Below the pieces are notes generated by a model. That model ran no database searches. It was not told the DNA's origin and saw only the letters and a program-made list of their open reading frames with translations. From contig OX597842.1 of assembly GCA_951406725.2 (NCBI GenBank), forward strand, positions 31,000,001-31,064,000: DNA of 64,000 nt, given 5' to 3'. The position numbers and the translations under genes are program-made. Each line of letters starts with the position of its first letter. Positions within the stretch are counted from its first letter, which is position 1. Below, piece by piece: positions 36,301 through 52,539 of the stretch. This stretch comes from Octopus vulgaris (Eukaryota).

Positions 36301-36719
36301 TGGTAACGCCGATGACAACGTAAGTACTGGAGTCATTTTGCTTGACTAAAACCCTCCAAGATGGTGCTCCAGTATGGCCGTATCCCAAGTGACCGAAACA
36401 ACAAGAGATTGACATAGAAAGCATCCAACGTCCAGCTCGGCTTAAGAGCGTTTTCTGTGTAAATCAAGAAACAACGACTTTGTGTAAAGATAAGAGCTGA
36501 AGTATTTGGGATTAGGATTAAGACATAATCTCAGTTGTAACTGGGATAATCTCTTGGAAAGAAAACTGAAGGATTAGGATGAACGAAGGAGATGTAGGTC
36601 TGAAGATCTATATATGAGGTTTCTGATGGTAGGGACAACTTGACCAGGGAGTCAGGGTTTCGCTGGCCAAATCTGCCTGCCATGGGGCTTGGACAAAATG
36701 CTGACCCTTCAACCCTTGT

Positions 36720-36737
36720 TGCACACACACACTTCTT

Positions 36738-36769
<32 letters not shown>

Positions 36770-37140
36770 TAACAAACACACACATACACACACACACGCA
36801 TAATGAACACAGAAATTGAAATAGAGTGACACACAGAAACACACACACTTGTGCACGCACATACACACACATCACACACACACAGAGTCATGGACACACA
36901 TATATCCACAAACACGCTCACACACACGCACACACATGCAAACACTCACAGACACACACACATTCACAAACACACTCACATATACATTCATGTACACACG
37001 CACACACATTCACAAACACACTCATGTACAGACACACACACACTTACATGCACACACACACACACATTCACGTACACACGCACACACATTCACAAACACA
37101 CTCATGTACAGACACACACACACACACACATACGCATGTA
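36720..37140. repeat. Degenerate (CA)n with internal duplication
   Basis: CACATTCACAAACACACTCA recurs. Confidence 0.9.
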
Positions 37141-37149
37141 TATAAAAAT

Positions 37150-37743
37150 GCAGGCATTGCTGTGTAGTTAAGCGTGTTTTGGGATACGTGCCCCCCAACC
37201 ACGTGGTTCCAGGTTCAGTCCCACTGCATGGCACCTTCAGCAAGAGTCATCTCCACTCGTCCCATCCTAATCAAAGCCTTGCCAGTGGATTTGGTAGATG
37301 GAAACTGAAAGAAGCCTGTCCTATATATGCATACACACACACACACACACACGCATATATAAATTCCTTTATTCTTTTATTTCTTTACTTCTTTCACTCA
37401 TTAAACTGTGGCCATGCTGGAGCACCACCTTGGTGGGTTTTAGTCGAACAAATTAACCCCTGGGACTTATTCTTTGTAAGCCTAGAATTATTCTAAGTCT
37501 CTTTGGCCGGATATTTTTTGTATATCGACTTGGCTAACTGGCTTCACCTTAATTTATTCTTATATAGGAGTGTCTGTGTGGTAAGTAGCTTGTTTACCAA
37601 CCACATGGTTCCGGGTTCAGTCCCACTGTGTGGCACCTTGGGCAAGTGTCTTCTACTATAGCCTCGGGCTGCCCAAAGCCTTGTGAGTGGATTTGGTTGA
37701 CAGAAACTGAAAGAAGCCCGTCGTATATATGTATGTGTGTGTG

Positions 37744-37775
<32 letters not shown>

Positions 37776-38185
37776 GGCGCAGGAGTGGCTGTGTGGTAAG
37801 TAGCTTGCTTCCAAACCATATGGTTCCGGGTTCAGTCCCACTGCGTAGCACCTTGGTCAAGTGTCTTCTACTATAGCCTCGAGCCGACCAAAGCCTTGTG
37901 AGTGGATTTGATAGATGGAAACTGAAAGAAGCCCGTCGTATATATGTATATATATATTCGTGTGTGTGTTTGTGTGTCTGTGTTTGTCCCCCTAGCATTG
38001 CATGACAACCGATGCTGGTGTGTTTACGTCCCCGTCACTTAGCGGTTCGGCAAAAGAGACCGATAGAATAAGTACTGGGCTTACAAAAGAATAAGTCCCG
38101 GGGTCGACTTGCTCGATTAAAGGTGGTGCTCCAGCATGGCTGCAGTCAAATGACTGAAACAAGTAAAAGGGTAAAGAGTAAAGAG
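37150..38185 (+). mobile_element. Cluster of family A SINEs: 5' halves (37150-37325, 37565-37730), inverted 3' tip (37375-37510), full copy (37773-38185)
   Basis: Family A matches. Confidence 0.88.
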
Positions 38186-38194
38186 ATATGTATG

Positions 38195-38692
38195 TCAGGT
38201 CACTTTCGAGTGCTACTGGTAACATGTAACCCAGTACAACCTGTTGCATGGATGGGTCCTCGGCGACTAAACCGGCAACCCCACCAAGCTTGCTTGGTGA
38301 GGAGGGTGTTTATTGGACACCCTGCGGGAAGAAAAACAAAACCCGTCAAAGGGCAGAGGAACTCTTGAGAGTCAACGGCCATCCAATAAAGGTCTTAGGA
38401 ATGTATCATGCACGGGGACATAGAAATAATCGGACTGAATACCCGATCGCGCGGTAAAACCATGAGGAGTGAAGGACTCCTAGCCTTTGTTAGGGCATCC
38501 TTCTGGGAGAAGGTAACTCAGGTAACTGGGATAACTCCGACATAAAACCTGCGGCTCAGTGGTTACCGATGATGTTGACTTGTTCTTCTTTCCGGATTAT
38601 GGCTGCTGTTGCTTAGTGAGTGGGATTGCACGATAACAACATTGATTAAGCTTCGTACAATGGCCATACTCGATAACGAGGGGGCAGCCACC

Positions 38693-38697
<5 letters not shown>
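38195..38697 (+). mobile_element. Hairpin-rich element, possibly a non-autonomous RTE derivative (5' UTR-like part plus 3' end)
   Basis: GC-rich island in TA context, several short hairpins, GGGCATCCTTCTGGGAGAAGGTAACTC..AAAACC resembling RTE 5' UTR motifs (from memory). Confidence 0.45.
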
Positions 38698-38727
<30 letters not shown>

Positions 38728-38857
38728 TGTGTATATGTATGTATGTGTGTGTATGTATGTATGTGTGTATGTATGTATGTCTGTGTGTATGTATGTATGT
38801 ATGTATGTATGTGTATGTATGTATGTATGTATGTATGTATGTGTGTGTGTATGTATG

Positions 38858-38889
<32 letters not shown>

Positions 38890-39061
38890 TGTATGTATGT
38901 ATGTATGTATGTATAGATAGGCAGATATAGATACACACACACACACACGCACATATGTATATATAAAAAGATAGATATATATAGACATACACACACACAC
39001 ACACATATATATGTATATACATATATATATATGTATATATGTATATACACACATATACATA

Positions 39062-39125
<64 letters not shown>

Positions 39126-39270
39126 GCAGAAGCAACAGAGTTACTTGAGGCCAGAGAATTTCATGTGTTGACACAGGCAGATAGATATAGAGATAGATAG
39201 ATAGAAAGATGATAGATTGAGAGTTAGATAGATAAATGGAAGGACAGCAGTTAGATAGGTGGGTAGATAG
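38698..39270. repeat. (TATG)n/(TA)n/(GATA)n microsatellite
   Basis: Direct reading. Confidence 0.95.
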
Positions 39271-39519
39271 ATGGCCAGTGGTGTGTTGAAAATGGTTGCG
39301 TGTGTCGATAACTGCTCGAATGACACGTACACAAAGTGTGTGGATGACTGCTGGAGAGTCACGTATGCACAAAAAATTCCAAAGTGAAAGTGGCTGGGAG
39401 GCGGTTGGTTGGGGGGTGTGGGGCAGACTCTAAAAGGAGAAAGACTGATTGGGCCTGGGTAGGAAAAAAAGTCTGCTGGGGAGGGGTTATCAGGGAATTC
39501 ACCATCATCATCATCATCA

Positions 39520-40300
39520 TCAACATCATCATCATCATTGTTTGATGTCCGCTTTCCATGCTGGCATGGGTTGGATGGTTTGATAGAGGATGGCAAGGCT
39601 GGAAGCCACACCAGGTTCCATCGTCTGTTTTGGCATGATTTCTACAGCTGGATGCCCTTCCTAATGCTGACCACTCCACAGAGTGTGCTGGGTGCTTTTT
39701 TACATAGCCACAGCGAAGACCTGTTGGGGCAAGAGAAATCAAAATCGGAATCGAACCAAATCCTATGACTGGCACCCGGCAGTTGCCAGGACTGCTGGAC
39801 AGACTCCTGTGCAGGTGGCAAGTGAAGAAACACCATTTCGACCCTGTGCTTGAGGAGATCCATTGAGTCAAGTACACCGACATCAAAATCAATGGAAATA
39901 GTAGTTGGGATCCCTGTGCCGGTGGCACGTAAACAGCACCATCTGAAGGTGGCCGATGCCAGTGCCGCCTCAACTGGCTTCCGTGCCGGTGGCACGTAAA
40001 AAGCACCACCCGAATTGTGGCCGATGCCAGTGCCACCTCGACTGGCTTCTGTGCCCACGTAAAATGCACGAATCCGATTGTGGCCATTGCCAGCCTCGCC
40101 TGGCACCTGTGCAGGTGGCACGTAAAAAGCACCCACTACACTCACGAAGTGGTTGGCATTAGGAAGGGCATCCAGCTGTAAAAACACTGTCAGATCAGAC
40201 TGGAGCCTGGTGCAGACTCCTGGCTTCCCAGATCCACGGTCGAACCGTCCAACCCATGCTAGCATGGAAAGCGGACGTTAAACGATGATGATGATGATGA
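39520..40300. mobile_element. Two RTE 3' UTR copies back to back (39520-39705 minus, older; 39712-40300 plus, nearly the whole UTR)
   Basis: Plus copy aligns to 11893-12370. Confidence 0.88.
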
Positions 40301-40307
40301 GAGCGTT

Positions 40308-40450
40308 GGTGCTTTTTACATGGCACCATCACCAATGCTTTTAAATGGCACAACAGCAATGCTTTTTATGTGGGACCAACACTAATGGTTTTTACATGGC
40401 ACCATCACCAATGCTTTTTATGTGGCACCAATATCAGTGTTTTTTACCTG
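40308..40450 (-). repeat. 26-bp minisatellite (about 5.5 units) derived from the RTE UTR motif
   Basis: TGCTTTTTA(C/T)(A/G)TGGCACCA(T/A)CACCAA repeated. Confidence 0.8.
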
Positions 40451-40666
40451 GGTCCAAGACAGACAGGGTCACCGAGTACTTTGCAATGCAAAACCCCATC
40501 AACTGGGAGTGGTGGTGAGTTGCATTGAGGAGTTGTGACTCGGGGCCAGTTGAGAGATTTTCAAAGGTAGAGATGGAACAGACACAGGTGTGTTGCAGTA
40601 GAGTGGATACAGGGATATTCCAGGTGGGAAACGAAGGAGATTGGTTTGGAGAGTAAGGTAGAGGGA

Positions 40667-41050
40667 GTGGTAGTTAGACCAAGAAATAGCAGCCAAATCT
40701 CCCTCAAATCACACCCTACTCTCTTATCTATGTATATATGTATGTATGAGCCAATGAGGGAGACCTCTACATGGTAGCTAGACCTGGTAGAAATAGCAGC
40801 TAAATCTCCCTCAATCACACCCTACTCTCTTATCTATGTATATATGTATGTATGAGCCAATGAGGGAGACCTCTACATGGTAGTTAGACCAAGAAATAGT
40901 AGCCAAATCTCCCTCAAATCACACCCTACTCTCTTATCTATGTATATATGTATGTATGAGCCAATGAGGGAGACCTCTACATGGTAGCTAGACCTGGTAA
41001 AAATAGCAGCCAAATCTCCCTCATATCACACCCTACTCTCTTATCTATGT
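40667..41050 (+). repeat. 107-bp tandem repeat, about 3.6 units, resuming at 41590-41626 after a SINE insertion
   Basis: GAAATAGCAGCCAAATCTCCCTCAAATCACACCCTACTCTCTTATCTATG repeated; reverse complement of the 63118-63893 unit. Confidence 0.92.
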
Positions 41051-41057
41051 ATATATA

Positions 41058-41447
41058 TAGGCGCAGGAGTGGCTGTGTGGTAAGTAGCTTGCTGACCAAC
41101 CACATGGTTCAGGGTTCAGTCCCACTGTGTGGCACCTTGGGCAAGTGTCTTCTACTATAGCCTCGGGCCTACCAAAGCCTTGTGAGTGGATTTGGTAGAC
41201 GGAAACTGAAAGAAGCCCGTCGTATATAAGTATATATATATGTGTGTCTGTGTTTGTCCCCCCAAACATCGCTTGACAACCGATGCTGGTGTGTTTGTGT
41301 CCCTGTAACTTAACGGTTCGGCAAAAGAACCAATAGAATAAGTACTAGGCTTACAAAGAATAAGTCCTGGGGTCGACTTGCTCGACTAAAGGCGGTGCTC
41401 CAGCATGGACACAGTCAAATGACTGAAACAAGTAAAAGAGTAAAAGA
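41058..41447 (+). mobile_element. SINE family A, full length, inserted in the 107-bp array
   Basis: Family A match; array sequence on both sides. Confidence 0.92.
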
Positions 41448-41538
41448 TTATATATATGCATATATATATATATATATACACTCTTTTACTTGAGTATATA
41501 TATATAAATATATGTATATATATATATGTATATATATG

Positions 41539-41576
<38 letters not shown>

Positions 41577-41819
41577 TATTTATGTATGTATGTATGTATG
41601 AGCCAATGAGGGAGACTTCTACATGGAAACTTAGTTGCAGAAGCAATGTATAGAAAATTCAGCGTGGCTGGTCACGGTTAGCACGCCTTTCATCATGCGT
41701 TCTACTCATTTGGGGAATGACCTAGTGTTAAACAGCGAGTAGCATGAGCAGCCAGTCGCACTGAGCCAGCAGACCAGCCGCCCTGCTGAGCAGCCAGATA
41801 ACGGGGGGGGGGGATAAGA

Positions 41820-42525
41820 AATTGAGTGAAAGAAAAAGAGAGGGATGGAGAGGGAGATAGTGAGAGAGAGTGAGTAATAGAAAGGAGAGAACGAAAGAGA
41901 GAATGAAGGAGAGTAAAGGAGAGAGAGTGAGAGTGTTATGGAGAGAGAGAGAGAGAGAGAGTGCGTGAGAGAAAGTGAGTAATAGAAAGGAGAGAACGAA
42001 AGAGAGAATGAAGGAGAGAGAGAGTAAAGGAGAGAGTGAGGGAGTGATAGAGAGAAAAAGGCAGAGAAATTGAGAGTGTGATGGAGAGAGAGAGAGAATG
42101 CGGGAGTAATAGAAAGGGGGGAAAGAAAGAGAGAATGAGGGAGAGGAAAGGAAAGATAGTGAGGGAGTGATGGAGAAAAAAGGCAGAGAGAGAGAGAGAG
42201 AGGGAGAGTGCGTGAGAGAAAGTGAGTAATAGAAAGGAGAGATCGAAAGATAGAATGAGGGAGAGGGAAAGAAAGTAAAGGAGAGAGAGTGAGGGAGTGA
42301 TGGAGAAAAAAGGGCGGGAAAGTGAGAGTGTGATGGAGAGAGAGAGAGAGTGTGTGCGAGAGAGAAGGTGAGTAACAGAAAGGAGAGAACGAAAGAGATA
42401 ATGAAGAAGCGGAGAGTAAAGGAGAGAGAGAGTATGGGCGTGATGGAGAGAGAGGGAGAGTGCGAGAGAGAAAGTGAGGGAAAGTCAGAGTGTGATGGAG
42501 AGAGAGAAAGACAGAGAGAGAGGGG
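41820..42525. repeat. Purine-rich degenerate minisatellite (about 5 units containing GAGTAATAGAAAGGAGAGAACGAAAGAGA)
   Basis: Direct reading. Confidence 0.85.
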
Positions 42526-42760
42526 AAGCATGGGACCTGCCGACGAACCGGCCAACCTGCCAAGTCAGTCAGCCGCCTTGGCTGCTTCACCAACCGACAA
42601 ACGGTGCAGCGACCTACCGAACCAACCGACCAACCGGCCAACCAGACTGAACGAACCCCCCTACCCGCCAGCAGACCGTGCAACCAGAATTTAAAAAAAA
42701 ACCCGGAGAAACTCGGAGTAACGACTGCCTGCGGAGCTTGAGTTTTCAATAAATTACATG
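42525..42760. promoter_or_regulatory. Unique CpG-rich island, candidate promoter or 5' UTR segment
   Basis: Non-repetitive, CpG-rich, at the switch from GA-rich to CT-rich sequence; no direct proof. Confidence 0.3.
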
Positions 42761-42899
42761 CGTATATATACATACATTGGCATAACTACATTTATATACG
42801 ACTTATATGTATAAATGCATATATACACACATAAATATAAACACATATATATATACACCAGCTTCTGTGTATCGTCTGGCTATAACGGTTCCTTCAAGT

Positions 42900-44065
42900 C
42901 CACCTCCCCCTCCAGTACTAGTTCATGCTTTCTCTTCCTGCCACTTTATCTTTCTTCCATTCTATCTATGTTTCCCCCCTCTTTAGTTTCCTATATAAAT
43001 CCCTCTTTCTTTTCCTCACTGTCACTCTCTCATTAATTTACACTCTCTCACTTCTCATTCCTCGTCCTTTCCCTCCCATTTTGCTTTATTCGTTCGCTCT
43101 GTCTCTCTCTCTGTCTTTCATTCATTCAATCAGTGTATCACCCTCCTTCCTCCTCTCATCTTCGTCCTCTTATCTTTTATACTCTCTATTTTCCCTCTCT
43201 CAGTCTCTTTACTCGTTTACCTCAGATTTCCCTTTCTCTTTCTCTCGTCTTTTCTTTTCAGTGGCTGCTGTTCTTTTTTTACCCCTCTCTCTTGAAATCT
43301 CTCTCTCTCTCTATCTCCTTCCTCCCCTTTGATCCCCCTGTTAAGCACTCTCTTACCATCTAAATTTTCCTCCACCCCTCACTCTTTCACCGTCACGCAA
43401 CAACTACCCTCTCTTTCTTTCTCTTTACCTTTCTCCCACCACCGCTACTTTACAACAACCCTCTCTCTATCACTAACTCCCACCACTCTTTCACGTTCAG
43501 CATTTTCCCTCTCTATGTTTCTCACCCTTGCTCCTTCACACCCTCTCTTTCCTTAACACCCTCTTTCTTTCTTACTCTCGCTTCTCTACACCCTCTCTCT
43601 TTCCACATTACTTTATCATTCAATCACACCCTCTCTTTCTTTAACACCCTCTCTCTTTCTTACTCTCGCTTCTCTACACCCTCTCTCTTTCCACATTACT
43701 TTATCATTCCATCACACCCTCTCTTTCCTTAACACCCTCTTTCTTTCTTACTCTCGCTTCTCTACACCCTCTCTCTTTCCACATTACTCTGTTACTTAAT
43801 CACTCCCTCTCTTTCTTTAACACCCTCTCTCTCTCTTACTCTCGCTTCTCTACACCCTCTCTCTTTGCACATTACTCTATTACTTAATCACTCCCTCTTT
43901 TTCCTTAACACCCTCTCTCTCTCTTACTCTCGCTTCTCTACACCCTCTCTCTTTCCACATTACTTTATCATTCAACCACGCCTCCCACGACTCTCCTTGC
44001 CTCCTACTCTCTCTTTATTTCCTTTCCTCCCCTTCTCTCATCTTTCGCTCCTTTCACCTATCTCG
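42900..44065. repeat. Pyrimidine-rich tract including an 88-bp tandem repeat x5 (43538-43975)
   Basis: TTACTCTCGCTTCTCTACACC at 43572, 43660, 43748, 43836 and 43924. Confidence 0.92.
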
Positions 44066-44089
44066 GCTTTAAGAGCCTACTGTGTGTAT

Positions 44090-47530
<3,441 letters not shown>

Positions 47531-47699
47531 GGTGTTTCTACACACATAGAGCCTATGTATCCAAAACCCTGTCGGATCCTGCTTTTCCCGCGTTTAAGTA
47601 TGCGCCTATATACCTGCCAACCTCCAACACACACACACACACACACGTCTGTCTACATAGCTATACACACACACACACACACAGGCCAGCCAGTAGGCG

Positions 47700-48295
47700 A
47701 CCTTCGACGTGCTCGTTTGATCTGCTCCAAACAACAGCCAAATCCGTCTTCCTCAACTAATCCCTTTTGTATCATCTACAAATCCTATACACACACTCGG
47801 AGGTGTCAGTCACGAATGGACTCTTTGTCTCGTAAGGTCTGCTGAATCAGGACCGACCTGAAGTCGAACAATATTTCACCAGAGATGAGATAATGGCGCG
47901 AGTCGTCTCTACGATGGCCTTATATTTTGCTAGAAGTAGCAGCTAATATCTCTTTCACAGATGCAGAGGACATGCATTGCTGGCAGAAACGTTAGCACGT
48001 CGGACGAATTGCGTAGCCGTATTTCCTTTGCCATTACGTTCTGAGTTCAAATTCCGCCGAGGTCGACTTTGCCTTTCATCCTTTCGGGGTCGATTAAATA
48101 AGTACCAGTTACGCACTGGGGGTCGATGTAATCGACTTAATCCGTTTGTCTGTTCTTGTTTGTCCCCTCTGTGTTTAGCCCCTTGTGGGTAATAAAGAAA
48201 TAGGTATCAGATCTCGTGTGTCTTTGAGGCAAGCAGAGACTTATTAGATAGTCACGGCTGGATTGTCTATCGTCATTGTCTAAAGCTAAAACACC
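47700..48295 (+). mobile_element. Two old family E copies, the second interrupted by SINE family B (47978-48206)
   Basis: CAGCCAAATC and GCTAGAAGTAGCAGC motifs followed by tail motifs; clear family B match. Confidence 0.65.
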
Positions 48296-48597
48296 AGTGT
48301 GTGTGCGTAATACACGCCATCAGTTGGGTTCACACGTATAGTGAACTGAAGAACTAAGATTAACTGGGTCTATCATTGCAATTACTAAAATGATACTCCC
48401 TCTCGGAGTGTTAAAAATGGAAAAAAACGATATCTCAAGGGAAATTACTCTGATGAACTCAGACGATTGAAATGGACTACAAGGTGTAGACCATAGAGTT
48501 TGTAGTGTATCTGGTGGTGTAAGTGATTGTGATTGACATGTTTCTGTTTTATTCGACCTCTTCAGTGGAGCATAGTCATGTGTGTGTCAGTACCTAC

Positions 48598-49350
48598 ATG
48601 CAGGTGTGGTTGTGTGCTGAGCAGTTTGCTTCTCAACTCTGTGGTTCTGGGTTCAATCCCACAGCATAGCACTTTAAGCCAGTGTCTTCTATAGTCCTGG
48701 GCCAGCCAAAATCTCTGTCAGTGGATTTAGTATAGGGAAAGTGCTGTGTGGTAAGTAGCTTGCTAACGAACCACATGGTTGCTGTTTCAGTCCCACTGCG
48801 TGGCATCTTGGGCAAGTGTCTTCTATTATAGCCCCGGGCCAACCAATGCCTTGTGAGTGGATATGGTAGACGGAAACTGAAAGAAGCCCGTCATATATAT
48901 GTATATGTATATATGTGTGTCTGTGTTTGTCCCCTTAGCATTGCTTGACAACCGATGCTGGTGTGTTTACGTCCCCGTCACTTAGCGGTTCGGCAAAAGA
49001 GACCGATAGAATAAGTACTGGGCTTACAAAGAATAAGTCCCAGGGTCGATTTGCTCGACTAAAAGGCGGTGCTCCAGCATGGCCACAGTCAAATGACTGA
49101 AACAAGTAAAAGAGTAAGAGTAAAGAGTAAGCCTGTCGTATATGTGTCAGTGTCACCGTCCTGCAAATGCTGTCCTGTTTCCAGTTTTCCATGAAAACAT
49201 GTCTGGCCATGGGAAAATATTACCTTGCTTGGAAACAGGTGAGGTTTGGTGACAGGAAGGGCATTCATCCGTAGAAACTCAGTCTCAATAACCTCGTCTG
49301 ACCCATGCCAGCATAGAAAAGTGGACGTTAAAATGACAACGAGGATGACA
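48598..49350 (+). mobile_element. Older SINE (family A-type head, RTE-type tail) with a younger family A copy (48742-49130) nested inside
   Basis: Old head 48598-48741 resumes at GCCTGTCGTATATG (49131) and ends GGAAGGGCATT..CCCATGCCAGCATAGAAAAGTGGACGTTAAAATGA. Confidence 0.8.
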
Positions 49351-49794
49351 AATAGCTAAATGAATGATAGCGAAATACATCACTTATTCAAAATCCCAAC
49401 AATTGTTTCTACACCTTTCTACACCAGCAGTACGATGTTGTGTAATCATTACCATCCGTCCAATGTGTAAAATGCACTTTCTCAGGTGATTGTTTGAATA
49501 AGTCCTAACAGTAAGGTTGAAACGGTTGTAGAGAGTTTTAAATAAATAATGTCGCTCATTCCATCTCTTATTGTTTATTTGTTTATATAAAATCAACAGA
49601 AACTGTAGAATTCTTGATATCCACTAGCAGAAGCATTTCCACTGTATTATGATGACATCAGGTTGCCAGTAAATGTGGATGAGCTTTGCATAGCATTCTA
49701 CAAGAATTTTCCCCAAATATATATATATATATATATATTCCCTTCTGGTCATTCAAAATGTGACCGCGTGTGTACTGTTTTTTTTTTTCTCTTT

Positions 49795-50167
49795 CTCTTT
49801 TTCTCTTTTACTTGTTTCAGTCATTTGACTGCGGCCATGCTAGAGCACCGCCTTTAGTCGGCAACTCGACCCCAGGACTTATTCTTTTTGTAAGCCCAGT
49901 ACTTATTCTATCGGTCTCTTTTTGCCGAACTGCTAAGTGACGGGGACCGTAAACACACCAGCATCGGTTGTCAAGCAATGCTACGGGAACAAACACAGAT
50001 ACACACACACACACACAAACATATGGGCTTCTTTCAGTTTCCGTCTATCAAATCCATTCAGAAGACTTTGGTTGGCCCCAGTTGAAGACACTTGCCCAAG
50101 GTGCCACGCAGTGGGACTGAACCAGGAACCATGTGGTTCGGAAGCAAGCTTCTTACCACACAGCCAC
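49795..50167 (-). mobile_element. SINE family A, near full length
   Basis: Family A match. Confidence 0.88.
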
Positions 50168-50324
50168 AGAAACACAACGAAACCCTTTATGAACAGGAAA
50201 CCTAACGTAATCTCATAAACCGGGTTTCCCCCATTTTTAATATATTCTGCTCCACATCTTCGATTCTGCTTCCTGTTTCTCATTTCATTTTGTACAAACG
50301 ACACACACACACACTCTCTCTCTC

Positions 50325-50897
50325 TCTCTCTTTTACTCTTTTACTGGTTTCAGTCATTTGACTGCGGCCATGCTGGAGCACCGCCTTTAGTCGAGCAAAT
50401 CGACCCCGGGACTTATTCTTTTTTGTAAGCCCAGTACTTATTCTATCGGTCTCTTTTGCCGAACCGCTAAGTGACGGGGACGTAAACACACCAGCATCGG
50501 TTGTCAAACAATGCTAGGGGGACGAACACACACTCACACACAAACACACACACATACACATATATATGTATACATATGTACGACATGCTTCTTTGTTTCC
50601 GTCTACCAAATCCACTCACAAGGCATTGGTCGGCCCAGGGCTATAACAGAAGACACTTGCCCAAGATGAACCCGGAACCATGTGGATGGTTAGCAAGCTA
50701 CTTACCACACAGCCACTCCTGCGCCTATAGACGATGGGCTTCTTTCAGTTTCCGTCTACCAAATCCACTCACAAGGCATTGGTCGGCCCGGGGCTATAGC
50801 AGAAGACACTTGCCCAAGGTGCTACGCAGTGGGACTGAACCCGGAACCATGTGGTTGGTAAACAAGCTACTTACCACACAGCCACTCCTGTGCCTAG
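50325..50897 (-). mobile_element. SINE family A full copy plus a tandem extra 5' half
   Basis: Family A match; head ends at 50728 and 50897. Confidence 0.9.
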
Positions 50898-51189
50898 GGG
50901 ACACAGAGTCCCTTTTTTTTTTTACTAATTTAGCGTTTGTAGAACTTCTAACTCTCATTGATTTCTTTCTTTGCCAGCTTTTCCGGCGGCAAGAGGGTCT
51001 CAGGCAGTAGATTGGAAGTGGAGGGGGATCTTTAGCGGGGGGGAGGGCCTGCTGAAGGAGCTGATCTGCCCCTTGAATTTTGAGAATCCGACCTCCTGCC
51101 TCTTCTCATCTGGGGGCAGGGTGCCCCTGCAGGCAGTGTTCTTCCACCTTGCTAAATTTCTCTTGAAGTCATTGCCTGCACCTGTATAT

Positions 51190-51683
51190 CTCTCTCTCTC
51201 TCTATGTGTGTATGTATATATATGTATGTGTATGTATGTGTGTATGTATATGTGTGTATATATGTATGTGTATATATATATGTGTATGTATGTGTGTATA
51301 TATATATGTGTATGTATGTGTGTATATATATATGTGTATGTATGTATGTTTATATATATATATGTATGTATGTGTATGTATGTATGTGTGTATATATGTA
51401 TGTGTATAAATGTGTGTATGTGCATATGTATATATATGTATGCGTATAAATGTATGTGCATATGTATATGTGTGTATATATGTATGTGTGTATGTGTATA
51501 TATGTGTGTATGTGTATATATTTGTGTATGTGTGTGTATATGTATGTGTATATATGTGTATATGTATGTGTGTATGTGTATATATTTGTGTATGTATATG
51601 TGTGTGTATATGTATGGGTGTATATGTAAGTATATGTGTATGTATATATATATGTATGTATATACACACACACACACATAGAC

Positions 51684-51720
<37 letters not shown>

Positions 51721-51780
51721 TATGTGTATAGAGATATTCCAGCCTACTTATATCTCCCCAAAACCACATGCTAGAGATTG

Positions 51781-51855
<75 letters not shown>

Positions 51856-51860
51856 GTAAG
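51190..51860. repeat. (TG/TA)n low-complexity block
   Basis: Direct reading. Confidence 0.95.
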
Positions 51861-52154
51861 AATTATTTCCTGCCTCAGTAACTCTACTTGACCTTCAGCC
51901 CCCTCCCACTCCATCTCCTTTCCTGTGTATGAGTGTGTGTGTGTGTTTGCATAAATATATACACACATACATATATGTTCCTACATACGCTTACTCTCCT
52001 CTTCCACCACCACCTCATCTTATATATATATATATATATATATATTACCTGTGCTGGCATTCTTCTATTCCTCCCCACTTCATCCCCAGGTAAGCACAGT
52101 GTGTGTAGGTGTGCACACTTATGTAAATATGTACGGGTGTATGTGTGAGTGTGT

Positions 52155-52370
52155 CTCTCTTTTACTCTTTTATACTTGTTTCAGTCATTTGACTGTGGCC
52201 ATGCTGGAGCACCGCCTTTTAGTCGAGCAAATCAACCCTGGGACTTATTCTTTGTAAGCCTAGGAGTACTTATTCTGTCAGTCTGTTTTGACGAACTGCT
52301 AAGTTACAAGGATGTAAACATACCAACATCGGTTGTCAAGTGATGGTCGGGCGACAAACATATAGGCACA
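52155..52370 (-). mobile_element. SINE family A 3' half
   Basis: Family A match. Confidence 0.85.
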
Positions 52371-52378
52371 CACACACA

Positions 52379-52414
<36 letters not shown>

Positions 52415-52507
52415 TGTATCTATATATATTACATATATGAACAGAATTTGGTATTCAGAAATTGTATAGAAACTGGAATTGGTAGATAGAAACTGCATGT
52501 ATGCGTG

Positions 52508-52539
<32 letters not shown>

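Noticed and set aside
36531-36720. Minus-strand open frame in a unique block
   Set aside because: ORF starts inside a (TG)n tract and shows no recognisable homology or splice signals.
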